Notes: generated from the sequence alone by a model not told the origin. A stretch of DNA of 39,664 nucleotides from Solobacterium sp. UBA3691 (GCA_002372175.1 DFIS01000080.1:1-39664), one strand, 5' to 3'; counted from the stretch's first letter, positions 17,651-27,199 are shown. Numbers and translations are program-made.

Positions 17651-19057
17651 TCACTCCACTGCGTAGATCACATCCAGAGGCTGATCCAGTCTGTCCAGTA
17701 CCTCGGCAACGATCTTATTCTTGTTTACCTTGATCTCGGCAGGAATACCGTTCATCTTATCAGCGATCTCCTTCAGTTCCTGCATCGTCTTCATCGGCAG
17801 CCTGGCCTTGGCAAACTGCTCAACGAGATCTTCTCTCTTCGGATTGACCGCAATACCATACTGTGTAACCAGGATATCCACATCCTTGCCGGGTGTAGAT
17901 ACCGTCAGTACTTTGTCTACGACGACCGGCATTCTGGCTCTGCTTACCGGAGCTACGATCATCGTCAGTTTCGCTTCTTCCGCCACATCGGTATGTCCGC
18001 CGGAGCCGCCGATGATATAACCACGGGAATCCGTATGTACATTGACGTTGAAATCCGTATCGATCTGGGTTGCGCCTAAGACAACAACATCCAGGTTTCT
18101 TGCGGCATTACTTTTAGCCGTAGGACTGGCATACTGTGTGGAAGAGATCTCGAAGTGACCGGGATCATCTCTTAACGATTCAACAGCCTTCAGGTCAAAG
18201 CACTGTACATCCTGGATCGCCTCAAAGAGTCCTTCTCTGTACATATCCACGATATAGCCGGTAATACCGCCGAGGGCATAGCTTCCCTTGATACCGCGTT
18301 CTTTCATGATGTCACGGACATATGCTGCACAGGCAAGCGAAGCCCCGCCGGCACCGGTCTGGAACGAGAAACCATCCTTCAGAAGACCTGAGGCATCGAT
18401 TGCCTTGGCCGCAAGCTCCGCAATACGCAGAGATACAGGGTCCTTTGTTACCTTTGTTGTGCTGGCAACGATACCCTGGGGATCACCGATCGCATCAACT
18501 TCGACAACATAGTCGACATAGTTTTCAGGTACCGAGAAATCCGTCAGAGGATACGGTACCAGGTTATCGGTAATGACAACAACTTTATCCGCAAAGTATG
18601 CATCCTCAAAGGCATAGCCTAGAGAACCGCAGGCAGACTTGCCGATCTTACCTGTAAAGTTACCCATCGGGTCACTTGTCGGTGCTGCGATAAACGCAAC
18701 ATCGATATGCGACTTGCCGGCAGCCAGTGAACTCGGTCTGCCTCCGTGTGTACGGAAGATCAGCGGCTTCTTCATATATCCTTCGGATACTGTCTTACCG
18801 ACTTCAATACTCATGTAGTTTGTCTCTACGCACGTTACGACACCGCTCTTGATATGTTCAGCCAACGGCGCATGTCCGGGATGGATCGAGCTGGCATTGA
18901 TCGTCAGATCCTTAAGACCGAGCTTGGCGATCTCATCCATGACCAGATTCAGCACAAAGTCACCGGAGCGCAGATGATGATGGAACGAGATGGTCATGCC
19001 ATCCCTGACACCCGCAAGCTTTACAGCTTCGGCAATACTTCCGACAAGTTTACTCAT
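17651..19057 (-). CDS. citF: Citrate lyase alpha subunit / citrate CoA-transferase
   Basis: DGMTISFHHH, HAPLAEHI, IDVAFIAAP and FQTGAGG match E. coli CitF closely. Its start overlaps the citE stop by 4 nt. Confidence 0.9.
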   Translation of the reverse strand: MSKLVGSIAEAVKLAGVRDGMTISFHHHLRSGDFVLNLVMDEIAKLGLKDLTINASSIHPGHAPLAEHIKSGVVTCVETNYMSIEVGKTVSEGYMKKPLIFRTHGGRPSSLAAGKSHIDVAFIAAPTSDPMGNFTGKIGKSACGSLGYAFEDAYFADKVVVITDNLVPYPLTDFSVPENYVDYVVEVDAIGDPQGIVASTTKVTKDPVSLRIAELAAKAIDASGLLKDGFSFQTGAGGASLACAAYVRDIMKERGIKGSYALGGITGYIVDMYREGLFEAIQDVQCFDLKAVESLRDDPGHFEISSTQYASPTAKSNAARNLDVVVLGATQIDTDFNVNVHTDSRGYIIGGSGGHTDVAEEAKLTMIVAPVSRARMPVVVDKVLTVSTPGKDVDILVTQYGIAVNPKREDLVEQFAKARLPMKTMQELKEIADKMNGIPAEIKVNKNKIVAEVLDRLDQPLDVIYAVE

Positions 19058-19959
19058 ATTTCTTCTACCTCCATACCCATGGCTTTGGCGTTTTCCAGGA
19101 CCAGTCTTGCACGCATGACGATCGGTGCATCGACCATCTTACCGTTCAGGGATATCGCACCCTTGCCCTGTCTCTTGGCTTCTTCGATCGCTCTGAAGAC
19201 AGCCTTGGCATGATCAACCTCAGCAATCGTCGGGCTGAAGATACGGTTGACAGTCTCTACGTGTCTCGGGGAGATAACCGCCTTTCCGGTATAGCCGAGG
19301 CTCTTCGCAAAGGCCGCATCTTTTGCCAGGCCTTCCAGATCTTCGACATCGGTAAACGGTGTATCGTAGGCTTCAATACCGGCAGCTCTTGCGGCTGTGA
19401 CGAGTCTTCCTCTGGCGTAGAGGATCTCGTTGCCTTCCTTGGTACGCTTGCATCTGAGATCTGCGGTGAGGTCTTCCGCACCGAGATACAGAGCTTCCAT
19501 ACGCGGTGTGCTCGTGGCGATCGCAAAGGCATTCTCAATACCAATCGCTGTCTCCAGCAGCGGGATCAGCTTGATCGTACCTACCGGAATACCACATTTC
19601 TCTTCGATCTCATCCATCTTCGCAGACAGTGTCCTGCAGTACTCGGCACCGCTGACCTTGGTAGGCATGATCATATCCGGCTTCAGCGGGATCACCGCTT
19701 CCAGATCATCCACCCAGTACGGTGTATCCAGCGCATTGATACGGACAATGATCTCGCATCCGCCGAAGTCTACAGACTCCAGGGCATTCTTTACGAGTTC
19801 TCTTGCGGCATCCTTCTGATCCGGTGCTACAGCATCCTCGAGGTCGAGAATGACACTGTCAGAGCCCAGAATACCGCCGTTAATGATCATATTCGGGTTA
19901 TTACCCGGCAGAAACATCATCGTACGTCTCATGTCAGTCCTCCTTCGAAGAACGGACAA
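19054..19959 (-). CDS. citE: Citrate lyase beta subunit / citryl-CoA lyase
   Basis: MMFLPGNNPNMI, IVRINALDT, LYLGAEDL, AYDTPFTD and ISLNGKMVD are collinear with E. coli CitE. Confidence 0.9.
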   Translation of the reverse strand: MSVLRRRTDMRRTMMFLPGNNPNMIINGGILGSDSVILDLEDAVAPDQKDAARELVKNALESVDFGGCEIIVRINALDTPYWVDDLEAVIPLKPDMIMPTKVSGAEYCRTLSAKMDEIEEKCGIPVGTIKLIPLLETAIGIENAFAIATSTPRMEALYLGAEDLTADLRCKRTKEGNEILYARGRLVTAARAAGIEAYDTPFTDVEDLEGLAKDAAFAKSLGYTGKAVISPRHVETVNRIFSPTIAEVDHAKAVFRAIEEAKRQGKGAISLNGKMVDAPIVMRARLVLENAKAMGMEVEEI

Positions 19960-20203
19960 GCGCCGTCTTCAGTCTTGCCTTGATCGTACAGTCCAGAGCA
20001 CCGTGGTCAACAGCACTGACCTGTACCGAGTCCACGCCCTCTGCCCGCAGAACATCTTCGATCACGCGAATAATTGCGTCGTGGTAGTACATGTCCACCG
20101 TGGAGTCAAGATCGATCGCTACCTCACCGTTGCCGGGTGCCACCGTGATCATGACATCACTGGATTCCAGTGTACCGCACACTGCAGGATGTTTAATTAT
20201 CAT
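19934..20203 (-). CDS. citD: Citrate lyase acyl carrier protein (gamma subunit)
   Basis: MIIKHPAVCGTLESSDVMITVAP carries the prosthetic-group Ser within the ESSD motif. GGAGG lies 7 nt upstream of the ATG at 20201-20203. The ORF track's upstream extension (to 20266) lacks an RBS. It overlaps the citE start, as is usual. Confidence 0.8.
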   Translation of the reverse strand: MIIKHPAVCGTLESSDVMITVAPGNGEVAIDLDSTVDMYYHDAIIRVIEDVLRAEGVDSVQVSAVDHGALDCTIKARLKTALVRSSKED

Positions 20204-20215
20204 ACGTATGTCCTC

Positions 20216-20243
20216 CGTTCTGTATACTGTTAAATGTATACAT
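20216..20243. promoter_or_regulatory. Two GTATAC-core palindromes (cTGTATACt at 20220-20228; ATGTATACAT at 20234-20243), a candidate GntR-family operator
   Basis: ATGTATACAT is a perfect 10-bp palindrome. Both sites fit the GntR GT-Nx-AC consensus. They lie between citD and the divergent GntR gene, abutting the -35 of the regulator promoter. Confidence 0.4.
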
Positions 20244-20271
20244 TTGACATTCTCAAAATACCACATACAAT
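20244..20271 (+). promoter_or_regulatory. SigA-type promoter for the GntR regulator gene: -35 TTGACA (20244-20249), 16-nt spacer, -10 TACAAT (20266-20271)
   Basis: It has near-consensus hexamers with canonical spacing. It lies 70 nt upstream of the ATG at 20341. Confidence 0.5.
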
Positions 20272-20340
20272 ATATCTAGGCAACAAAATATTGTCATGAC
20301 ATCACGGAATACTCCGATGAACCACAGGAAAGAGGCAAGT

Positions 20341-20985
20341 ATGCGAGCATTAACAAACAATCTGACCAAAGACAGAGTCGTTGCCGAACTGCGCAAGGAG
20401 ATCCTGTACGGCAGCTATGAACCCGGTGATACCCTGTATCAGGAGAAGATCGCCGAAGAACTCGGTGTATCCAGACTCCCTGTACGGGAAGCTTTTCAGA
20501 TCCTGCACAATGAAGGACTGATCACCGTCAAGCCCAACAAGGTAGCCTATGTCAACGAGATCTCTCTGGACTTCCTGCGTGATCATTTCGCCGTCAGAGC
20601 CCTGATGGAGAAGGAAGCCGCTAGACTCGCCTGTGTCAACGGTATCGACACTGCCCCGCTGTACGAAGAATACAGGAAGGCCGAAACAGCGATCGCACGC
20701 GGAGACCTCTCTGCCTTCGACGACAGTAATCATGCGATCCATGCCATGATCTGGGAAGCGGCCGGCAATGTCGTCCTGGAGAGAATGATCTCTTCGATCT
20801 GGAATACGATGATCAGCAGTGAGGAGACTGCTCTGGAATATGCCAAAGCATCCAACCGTGATCATTTACAGATCATTGAAGCTCTTGAGAAAAGAGACAC
20901 GGAAGCTGCCATGACCCTCAGTGAGAACCATGTCAGACGAAGCTATGAAAGGATCCGCAAACGGATCTGTAAAACCGTGAAGTAG
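20341..20985 (+). CDS. GntR family transcriptional regulator with FCD (FadR C-terminal-like) domain
   Basis: The wHTH is EKIAEELGVSRLPVREAFQILHNEGLITVKPNKVAYV, followed by a helical FCD domain. AAAGAGG lies 6 nt upstream of the ATG at 20341. The ORF track's longer start (20296) lacks an RBS. Confidence 0.85.
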   Translation: MRALTNNLTKDRVVAELRKEILYGSYEPGDTLYQEKIAEELGVSRLPVREAFQILHNEGLITVKPNKVAYVNEISLDFLRDHFAVRALMEKEAARLACVNGIDTAPLYEEYRKAETAIARGDLSAFDDSNHAIHAMIWEAAGNVVLERMISSIWNTMISSEETALEYAKASNRDHLQIIEALEKRDTEAAMTLSENHVRRSYERIRKRICKTVK

Positions 20986-21030
20986 ACAAAAGCCGGTCGA
21001 TTGACCGGCTTTACTGTCCTCAGATATATA

Positions 21031-22095
21031 CTAATTATTCCTGGCATACAGTGCCTGCATTCTCTCATAGAATGCCGGATTCTCATCACCGTACTGTTTC
21101 TGGCACTCATCCAGAGCAGCCTTGTACAGACTCGTATTGATATGATTGTCGATATTGATACGGATACCCTGTGCATCCAGGAGACCCAGACGCTTCATGT
21201 AAGCCCAGGCTCTCTTTACCGAACTCCTCATCGGATCGGTATTGACCTCAAACCTCGGATTATCCATGAATGCCCTGACATGTTCCTCATCTTCACCAAG
21301 CTGCTCAGCCATCAGCTTTACAGCCTCCTCATGATGTGTCTCATAGTAAGCCATAGCCCGGATCCACGCCTTCATCAGGCCCTTCACCGCCTCCGGGTTT
21401 TCTTCTACCCACGAAGTCAGTGCCTCCGAACGGCAGCACGAATAGTCAGGCAGGACATCACTCGCATACGTCAGGATCTTGAGATTGGGATTCGTATTGA
21501 TCTCATAATTTAATCCCGTACCGACAAGTCCGAAATCCGCTTCACCCGACTCCACCGCCGCAATACGCTCTTCCTGATTCTCTGTCTCGAGCCAGGTGAC
21601 CTCCTTCAGCGGATCATAGCGCATCTCCAGCAGAGGACCGGTGATCGCGTAGAGGTTCGGCTCCCAGGCAACCGTCTTACCGATGATATCTTCAATGCCG
21701 TGCCATTCCGCATCAGCCCGCCCGAATACAGGCATACAGCCGGTAAGCAGATAGCCGCCGAAGATCGTCAGATCCATGCCCTCAGAGATATGCTGAAGAG
21801 GCAGATTCGTACCGGAATTGGTCGCAATATCGATCGTACCGTTCCTGATACCTTCAAATACTTCGATATCATTCTGTACTTTGACATATTCAATGATGAT
21901 GCCCTCATCCTTCAGGTACCCCTGTGCCTCTGCGATCGCTGTCAGCACATGCCCGTTGGGATGATCCGCAAGCCGTACCGTGATTATCTCCCGCGGTGTT
22001 TCTTCGGGGATATCCTCCTGCGGTTTTTCCGTACAGCCGGAGACTGTCAGCACACTGCTCAGGAGCACTGCCGCAATCATACTGCGTTTATTCAT
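21031..22095 (-). CDS. NMT1/THI5-like (NitT/TauT-type) ABC substrate-binding lipoprotein, 354 aa
   Basis: The lipoprotein signal is MNKRSMIAAVLLSSVLTVSGC (lipobox VSGC). The fold type is periplasmic binding protein. A GAGGAGG RBS is present. Its start overlaps the MscS-family gene stop by 8 nt. No ABC permease or ATPase lies adjacent. Confidence 0.8.
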   Translation of the reverse strand: MNKRSMIAAVLLSSVLTVSGCTEKPQEDIPEETPREIITVRLADHPNGHVLTAIAEAQGYLKDEGIIIEYVKVQNDIEVFEGIRNGTIDIATNSGTNLPLQHISEGMDLTIFGGYLLTGCMPVFGRADAEWHGIEDIIGKTVAWEPNLYAITGPLLEMRYDPLKEVTWLETENQEERIAAVESGEADFGLVGTGLNYEINTNPNLKILTYASDVLPDYSCCRSEALTSWVEENPEAVKGLMKAWIRAMAYYETHHEEAVKLMAEQLGEDEEHVRAFMDNPRFEVNTDPMRSSVKRAWAYMKRLGLLDAQGIRINIDNHINTSLYKAALDECQKQYGDENPAFYERMQALYARNN

Positions 22096-25000
22096 GTTTC
22101 ACAGCCTCCTCATTTGCCCTGGCTTCCTCTTCGGCCTTGAAATCCTCGATCGTCTTACGTCCGCTCATATCCAGCTGGGATATCGTTACATTCGGGAACG
22201 GTACATTGATACCGTTTCTGTAGAAGATCTTCAGCACCTCCGCATTCAGGTATCTGTTCATGCCCTTGACATCCTTCTCAAAGCACTTGCAGATGACCAG
22301 GACATCGATACCGCTGGCCCCGAGATTGGAAACACCCAGATATGTAGGACCATCCAGGATCAGATCATTCTTCTCTCTCAATGCCGGCAGTTCACGCTTC
22401 ATGACAGCTTCCACATAGTCGATATCCTGTCCGTATTCGATACTGATCGTTGCCGAAGCGATCGAAGCTTCCTTCGTCATGTTCAGTACACCGGAGATAT
22501 GACTGTTGTTGTAGATCTTGATATTTCCGCCGGGCGCCTGGATCTTGGTCGTACGCAGACCGATATCCATGACCGTACCTCTGGTACCGTCGATCGTCAC
22601 GATATCACCGACCCGGAATTCTCCCTCAAAGACGATGAAGATACCGGCAATGATATCCGTGATCAGACTCTGGGCGCCAAGACCGATGACAAGTGACAGA
22701 ATACCGGCACTGGCCAGAACGTTGCTCGAATCCATACCCACAAGATACAGACAGTAGAAGAAGGCACCGATGGCACCGCCGTACTTCAGCACCGACAGTA
22801 ACAGATGACCCAGGGTCTCACCTCTCGTGCCAAACAGCGACACAACAAGCTGTATCGGGAATCTGCACAGGGATACACCGACGATCGCCACGGTCATGAT
22901 CAGCACACAGGAAGTCAGCGCAAAGATATTCCATCCTCTGTCCCAGGAACTGTAGACGATATACTTGATGATCGACTTTCTGTGGATCAGACTATCCGCC
23001 CCAAGTACGGAGATCAGCACATAGATCATCAGCAGGATACAGATGATCTTGATCATTAACATCAGTTTCTGTTCGGGACTGCGCTCACTCCATGATAAAC
23101 GGCGATTGCTCCAGCGTGCTGCCGCCGTCACCGTCGAAGCCGTCCGTCCGGAAGGAAGAATAATACTGTAGACAGCCGCATTGTTTCCGCTCTCCATCTC
23201 CTTATTGAGGGACTCGTAGAGCTTCTCTTCTTCTCTGTCTGTCAGCGTGATCGTTAACGACAGGATCAGGATCAGCACAAAGCAGATCACCGACGTGATC
23301 AGGGCGATCGGCAGACGTGCCGCAAACATACTGCTGCGCGGTATTGCCGTACAGATATAGTATCCGTCAAGGTAACGGAAATACTGGAAGTATGTCTCCG
23401 TACCGATCCGGTTAAAGCCAAAGTAATTCTCACTCAGGAAGGCCTTGTCAGGAATGCCGAGATCTGCGGCCTTCTTGCCGACATTCACTTCCAGCGGTGA
23501 ATACAGACATATATGATCATCGGTCGTATCAAACATGGCAATGGAACCGCCGTCCAGCATATTCGAAGACAGAATACTGGACACATCCGTAGCCTCCAGC
23601 AGTGAATCTGTCAGTGAATCATCCAATTCGATCTGGATCATCGACCGGTGTGCCGTAATACTGCCTTCTTCCGTCTCTGTCAGCCCGGATCCGTTGATCA
23701 TATCCTCATATTCAAACCGGGAAACATACAGTGTCTCCCCGTTTTCATCCTTTGCGGTATAGTAGTGGAATACCGTACCGATATACCGGGATGTCTTACC
23801 GAGATCATTGACCATCCTCTCCTGGATATAGCTGTCTTTCCTGCCGTCGATCACATCCAGGAACGGATAGGACTGATCTCCTTCATTATGACTGATCCGG
23901 AAGAACCAGTTCGGTGTACTTGTCGCAATGGTCCTGCCGTTTTCATCATAGATATAGATCTCATTGATGCCGTTAACCTCACACAGCTTCTTCAAAGCCT
24001 GTGAATTGGCCACAGACTTCAGTCTGTTGCCCTCATCATCTGTCAGATATACTTTATTGTTGTCTTCATCATAGATACTGTGATATCTGTCTGACTCTTC
24101 ATTCAGGATCGCAGGGTCTTCCTCCGCGCCAAGTGAGACAAGGGCTGCCGTCGTCAGGAAACGCCTGTCGTGGTACTGGTTGATCAGCTGCCGGCTCTCC
24201 TGGCTCTCCTCATATCTGCCGATCACTTCCTGCAGGGCAACTTCCGACTTCTCGATGCCTTCCGTCACCTCCAGCAGTGTCTGTGTATAGAACGACAGGC
24301 CGAACATGGCCATGATGCCCGTAAGCAGCAGCGGGAAGATCTTCTTGAATATGGACTTATCCAGGTAGATCGGATCTTTCGAATTACCGCGCAGGACGAT
24401 CCTGTCGGTCTGTACCTCCCGGCGGACAAAGTCATTGCGCACAATGACCGCATATGCCAGACACAGGATCATGATGACATTAAAGGCCAGGACTGACCAG
24501 AAAGCAACATAATTGACATCCTCACGGATCATGTCATATTCTGCTGCCGCCAAGATCACCGTATGATCCGGAAGCTCCTCGGTAACCACATAATACTCAT
24601 GACCGCCGATTCTCTGCGTACCTCTGTATCCTGCTGTCAGCGCCTCTTCCGTAAGTCCGCTGTTGGCTGTCTTCTGTCCTGTTAACAGCTGATCTCCGCT
24701 GTTGTAATACCTGAAGATCCTGTCGGAGGGATCCACAGCGAAAAGGAAACCGTCGTTGATCACGGCTGCACGCTTCAGCACCGACTCAACATTCGTCAGC
24801 TCTTCCGTCTGATGATCCAGAATATCTGCTTCGGCACCGATCGCCAGGACATACTCCTGATCCTCATACCGGTATGGCTTTGCGTAGAAATAAAAGATAC
24901 CGAACCGGTTTTTCACCCGCACATATGCCGGCGCATCAGTACCGCCTGCGGCACATGCCAGCAGTTCGTTGACATTCTCCTGGGTCATATATGCAGGAAC

Positions 25001-25465
25001 AGCCGGATTCAGCCCGATCAGCGCTTCGTCCGGAGATAACAGCACCGTCCCGTCCTGATCCATCAAAAACAGCAGCTTCGTCTGTGAACGTTCGGCAATA
25101 TTCGCAAAGATCTCCGCCTGTATCATACTGTCCGCATCCTGCATTGACGCAAACAGCCCGTTCGACAGGATCATCTCCACATCATCCAGCATCTGCCGGT
25201 TGCCCGCATGAAAGACTTCAGTCAGCTCTTCCGCACTCTCCCGGTTCCTCTCGATCACTGCCGACACCTGCTCGATCGCCTGCAAACTGTTCTGTTCCTG
25301 TTTCCGCAGAGATGCTGTTACCTGCATTTTCCGCAGCAGAATACTGATCAGTGCCGATCCCACCAGCAGCAGGATAACATTAAAAGCCATCTTCGCGAAA
25401 AAGTAGACATTCGCGCGTCTCTTTGTCTTATTCTTCTGTTCTGTCACCTTGGTATCTTCACTCAT
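22088..25465 (-). CDS. Mechanosensitive ion channel (MscS) family protein, 1125 aa, with two very large extracytoplasmic loops
   Basis: The C-terminus has the MscS pore helix and beta domain (GLGAQSLITDIIAGIFIVFEGEFRVGDIVTIDGTRGTVMDIGLRTTKIQAPGGNIKIYNNSHISGV...). The N-terminal two-thirds has about six TM helices separating ~280-aa and ~350-aa soluble domains. Confidence 0.85.
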   Translation of the reverse strand: MSEDTKVTEQKNKTKRRANVYFFAKMAFNVILLLVGSALISILLRKMQVTASLRKQEQNSLQAIEQVSAVIERNRESAEELTEVFHAGNRQMLDDVEMILSNGLFASMQDADSMIQAEIFANIAERSQTKLLFLMDQDGTVLLSPDEALIGLNPAVPAYMTQENVNELLACAAGGTDAPAYVRVKNRFGIFYFYAKPYRYEDQEYVLAIGAEADILDHQTEELTNVESVLKRAAVINDGFLFAVDPSDRIFRYYNSGDQLLTGQKTANSGLTEEALTAGYRGTQRIGGHEYYVVTEELPDHTVILAAAEYDMIREDVNYVAFWSVLAFNVIMILCLAYAVIVRNDFVRREVQTDRIVLRGNSKDPIYLDKSIFKKIFPLLLTGIMAMFGLSFYTQTLLEVTEGIEKSEVALQEVIGRYEESQESRQLINQYHDRRFLTTAALVSLGAEEDPAILNEESDRYHSIYDEDNNKVYLTDDEGNRLKSVANSQALKKLCEVNGINEIYIYDENGRTIATSTPNWFFRISHNEGDQSYPFLDVIDGRKDSYIQERMVNDLGKTSRYIGTVFHYYTAKDENGETLYVSRFEYEDMINGSGLTETEEGSITAHRSMIQIELDDSLTDSLLEATDVSSILSSNMLDGGSIAMFDTTDDHICLYSPLEVNVGKKAADLGIPDKAFLSENYFGFNRIGTETYFQYFRYLDGYYICTAIPRSSMFAARLPIALITSVICFVLILILSLTITLTDREEEKLYESLNKEMESGNNAAVYSIILPSGRTASTVTAAARWSNRRLSWSERSPEQKLMLMIKIICILLMIYVLISVLGADSLIHRKSIIKYIVYSSWDRGWNIFALTSCVLIMTVAIVGVSLCRFPIQLVVSLFGTRGETLGHLLLSVLKYGGAIGAFFYCLYLVGMDSSNVLASAGILSLVIGLGAQSLITDIIAGIFIVFEGEFRVGDIVTIDGTRGTVMDIGLRTTKIQAPGGNIKIYNNSHISGVLNMTKEASIASATISIEYGQDIDYVEAVMKRELPALREKNDLILDGPTYLGVSNLGASGIDVLVICKCFEKDVKGMNRYLNAEVLKIFYRNGINVPFPNVTISQLDMSGRKTIEDFKAEEEARANEEAVKHE

Positions 25466-25514
25466 ATTCGATATTATCTGTATTTTAGATTATATACCGC
25501 AAATAAGTCTCTGC

Positions 25515-26156
25515 TCAATGCGCAGGTTCATAATGACGCACCGGGAATGTAAAGAATGTCTCCGGATACGGTTCCTGCGCCAAGGTAAAGTGCCACCACT
25601 CCTCTGCCAGAGGCACAAACCCGTGTCTTTCCATGGCATCCCTGAGAAGTTTCCGGTTTCTCTTCTGTCTCTCCGAAAGCCCTGCATATGCATAATGACT
25701 GCGTTCTCCGAAGTAATCAAAGATACCGCCCATATCGATATCCTCCCCGGTCATCCTGTCGGTCAGGGTCAGATCCACGGTACTCCCGCGGCTGTGTCCG
25801 GAATGTTTACTGACATACCCAAGAGGGATGATCTCTCTTTTCTCCGTATCGGGATAGAAGATATCCTTCATCCGGATATCCCCCGGATCCTCTGCCCAGC
25901 GCACAAAGTGATCCACGGCCTGCTGAGGACGGTAGGCATCATAGATCTTCAGTCTGTACCCTTTTGCATATACTTCATCACTGACTTCCTTCAGCGCATA
26001 CGCCGCTTCCCGCGTCAGTAATGCTGCAGGCTCCTCATAGCCGCAGATCCTCTCCCCGACAAAGTTAAATGACGTATAATACCTGATCTCCGTGATCACT
26101 TCGGGAATGATATCCCGGATATTCACAAAGTCTGATCTGTCATCCGCATACTTCAT
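25515..26156 (-). CDS. D-alanyl-D-alanine dipeptidase (VanX/DdpX, peptidase M15D)
   Basis: SKHSGHSRGSTVDLTL (SxHxxGxAxD-like) and EEWWHF motifs are present. The ~200-aa length is typical. Confidence 0.85.
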   Translation of the reverse strand: MKYADDRSDFVNIRDIIPEVITEIRYYTSFNFVGERICGYEEPAALLTREAAYALKEVSDEVYAKGYRLKIYDAYRPQQAVDHFVRWAEDPGDIRMKDIFYPDTEKREIIPLGYVSKHSGHSRGSTVDLTLTDRMTGEDIDMGGIFDYFGERSHYAYAGLSERQKRNRKLLRDAMERHGFVPLAEEWWHFTLAQEPYPETFFTFPVRHYEPAH

Positions 26157-26184
26157 ATTTTTATCTCTTCACACCTGCCCGTGA

Positions 26185-26493
26185 TCACATGATCCTGATC
26201 AGAAACATGTATATGACCGTACCGGCCAGGATACTGATGATCGAATTGCGCTTCCACACATGTGTCAGGACAACGCACACAGACGCGATCAGCTCCGGTA
26301 TACCGTACGGATAGCTTAGAACAGCCGTATCCTTCAGACAGTATACCACCAGCATGCCGATGATCGCCTGCGGGAGAACCTTGCCAAGATAACTGATGTA
26401 TGCCGGTGTATGTCTGCGGAAGACAAGAAACGGCAGGAATCTCAGCAGGATCGTTACGGCAGCCATCACTGCCACAAGCACAGCCGCCCTCAT
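26185..26493 (-). CDS. azlD: Branched-chain amino acid transport protein AzlD
   Basis: It is a ~100-aa hydrophobic protein, MRAAVLVAVMAAVTILLRFLPFL... Its ATG overlaps the azlC stop in an ATGA arrangement. The ORF track's N-terminal extension overlaps azlC and is not used. Confidence 0.75.
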   Translation of the reverse strand: MRAAVLVAVMAAVTILLRFLPFLVFRRHTPAYISYLGKVLPQAIIGMLVVYCLKDTAVLSYPYGIPELIASVCVVLTHVWKRNSIISILAGTVIYMFLIRIM

Positions 26494-27173
26494 ACCCGTT
26501 TCTCCATCCTTCCCCGCAGAAGTGTCAGCACCAGTGTAATCACCAGCATCGCCGGGATCAGGAATCTCTCCGGTCCGAACAGGATCAGACACACAAGCGT
26601 GCTGAAAAGCCCCGTCAGTGCCGAGACATGATCATGTGTATTCAGCCACTGCTCCGTAAACGACGCAATGAACAATGCTGTCATGGAGAACTCGATACCG
26701 GCCGTAGAAAACGGAATGACAGCCCCTAGCAGACTTCCCAGAACACATCCGGTGATCCAGTAGCTGTAATTGAACATGGAGACCAGAAAACGGTAGAGAT
26801 CCGCATGTTCACGGTCCGGTGTATCCCCGTCGCAAAGCAGGGAGTACGTTTCATCGGTCAGCGTAAAGATCATATACGGCTTATACTTACCGGCATCCTT
26901 ATATGTATCGATCATCGAGATGCTGTAGAACAAGTGCCTGGCATTGACCATGAGCGTTGTGATCGCAGTCGTCAGCACCGACGCTCCGCCTGCCAGAAGA
27001 CTCACCCCGACATACTGCATCGATCCCGCGTAGATAAACGCTCCCATTGCAAATGACCAGAGCACACCGAAACCGGCATTCCGCAGCAGAATGCCAAAGC
27101 CTATGCTCAGTACGATATAACCCGCCATGACCGGCAGGGAACGCAGAAATGCCTGCTTAACGATCCTGCCCAT
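26490..27173 (-). CDS. azlC: Branched-chain amino acid exporter/permease AzlC family
   Basis: It is a 227-aa polytopic membrane protein, LPVMAGYIVLSIGFGIL...GSMQYVGVSLLAGG, typical of AzlC. Confidence 0.85.
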   Translation of the reverse strand: MGRIVKQAFLRSLPVMAGYIVLSIGFGILLRNAGFGVLWSFAMGAFIYAGSMQYVGVSLLAGGASVLTTAITTLMVNARHLFYSISMIDTYKDAGKYKPYMIFTLTDETYSLLCDGDTPDREHADLYRFLVSMFNYSYWITGCVLGSLLGAVIPFSTAGIEFSMTALFIASFTEQWLNTHDHVSALTGLFSTLVCLILFGPERFLIPAMLVITLVLTLLRGRMEKRV

Positions 27174-27199
27174 GCGTTACCTCTCCAAGACTCATGCAT

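Noticed and set aside
19210-19983. A 257-aa + strand ORF antisense to citE, and a 155-aa ORF antisense to citF (18746..19213)
   Set aside because: They overlap citE/citF, which match E. coli CitE/CitF collinearly. There is no independent support.
21980-22696. A 238-aa + strand ORF antisense to the MscS-family and SBP genes
   Set aside because: It is antisense to two supported genes. It is low-complexity and has no RBS.
25515-26156. A VanX-type D-Ala-D-Ala dipeptidase as a marker of a vancomycin-resistance (van) cluster
   Set aside because: There are no vanH/vanA-type dehydrogenase or ligase genes and no vanRS nearby. A stand-alone DdpX-like housekeeping dipeptidase is more plausible.
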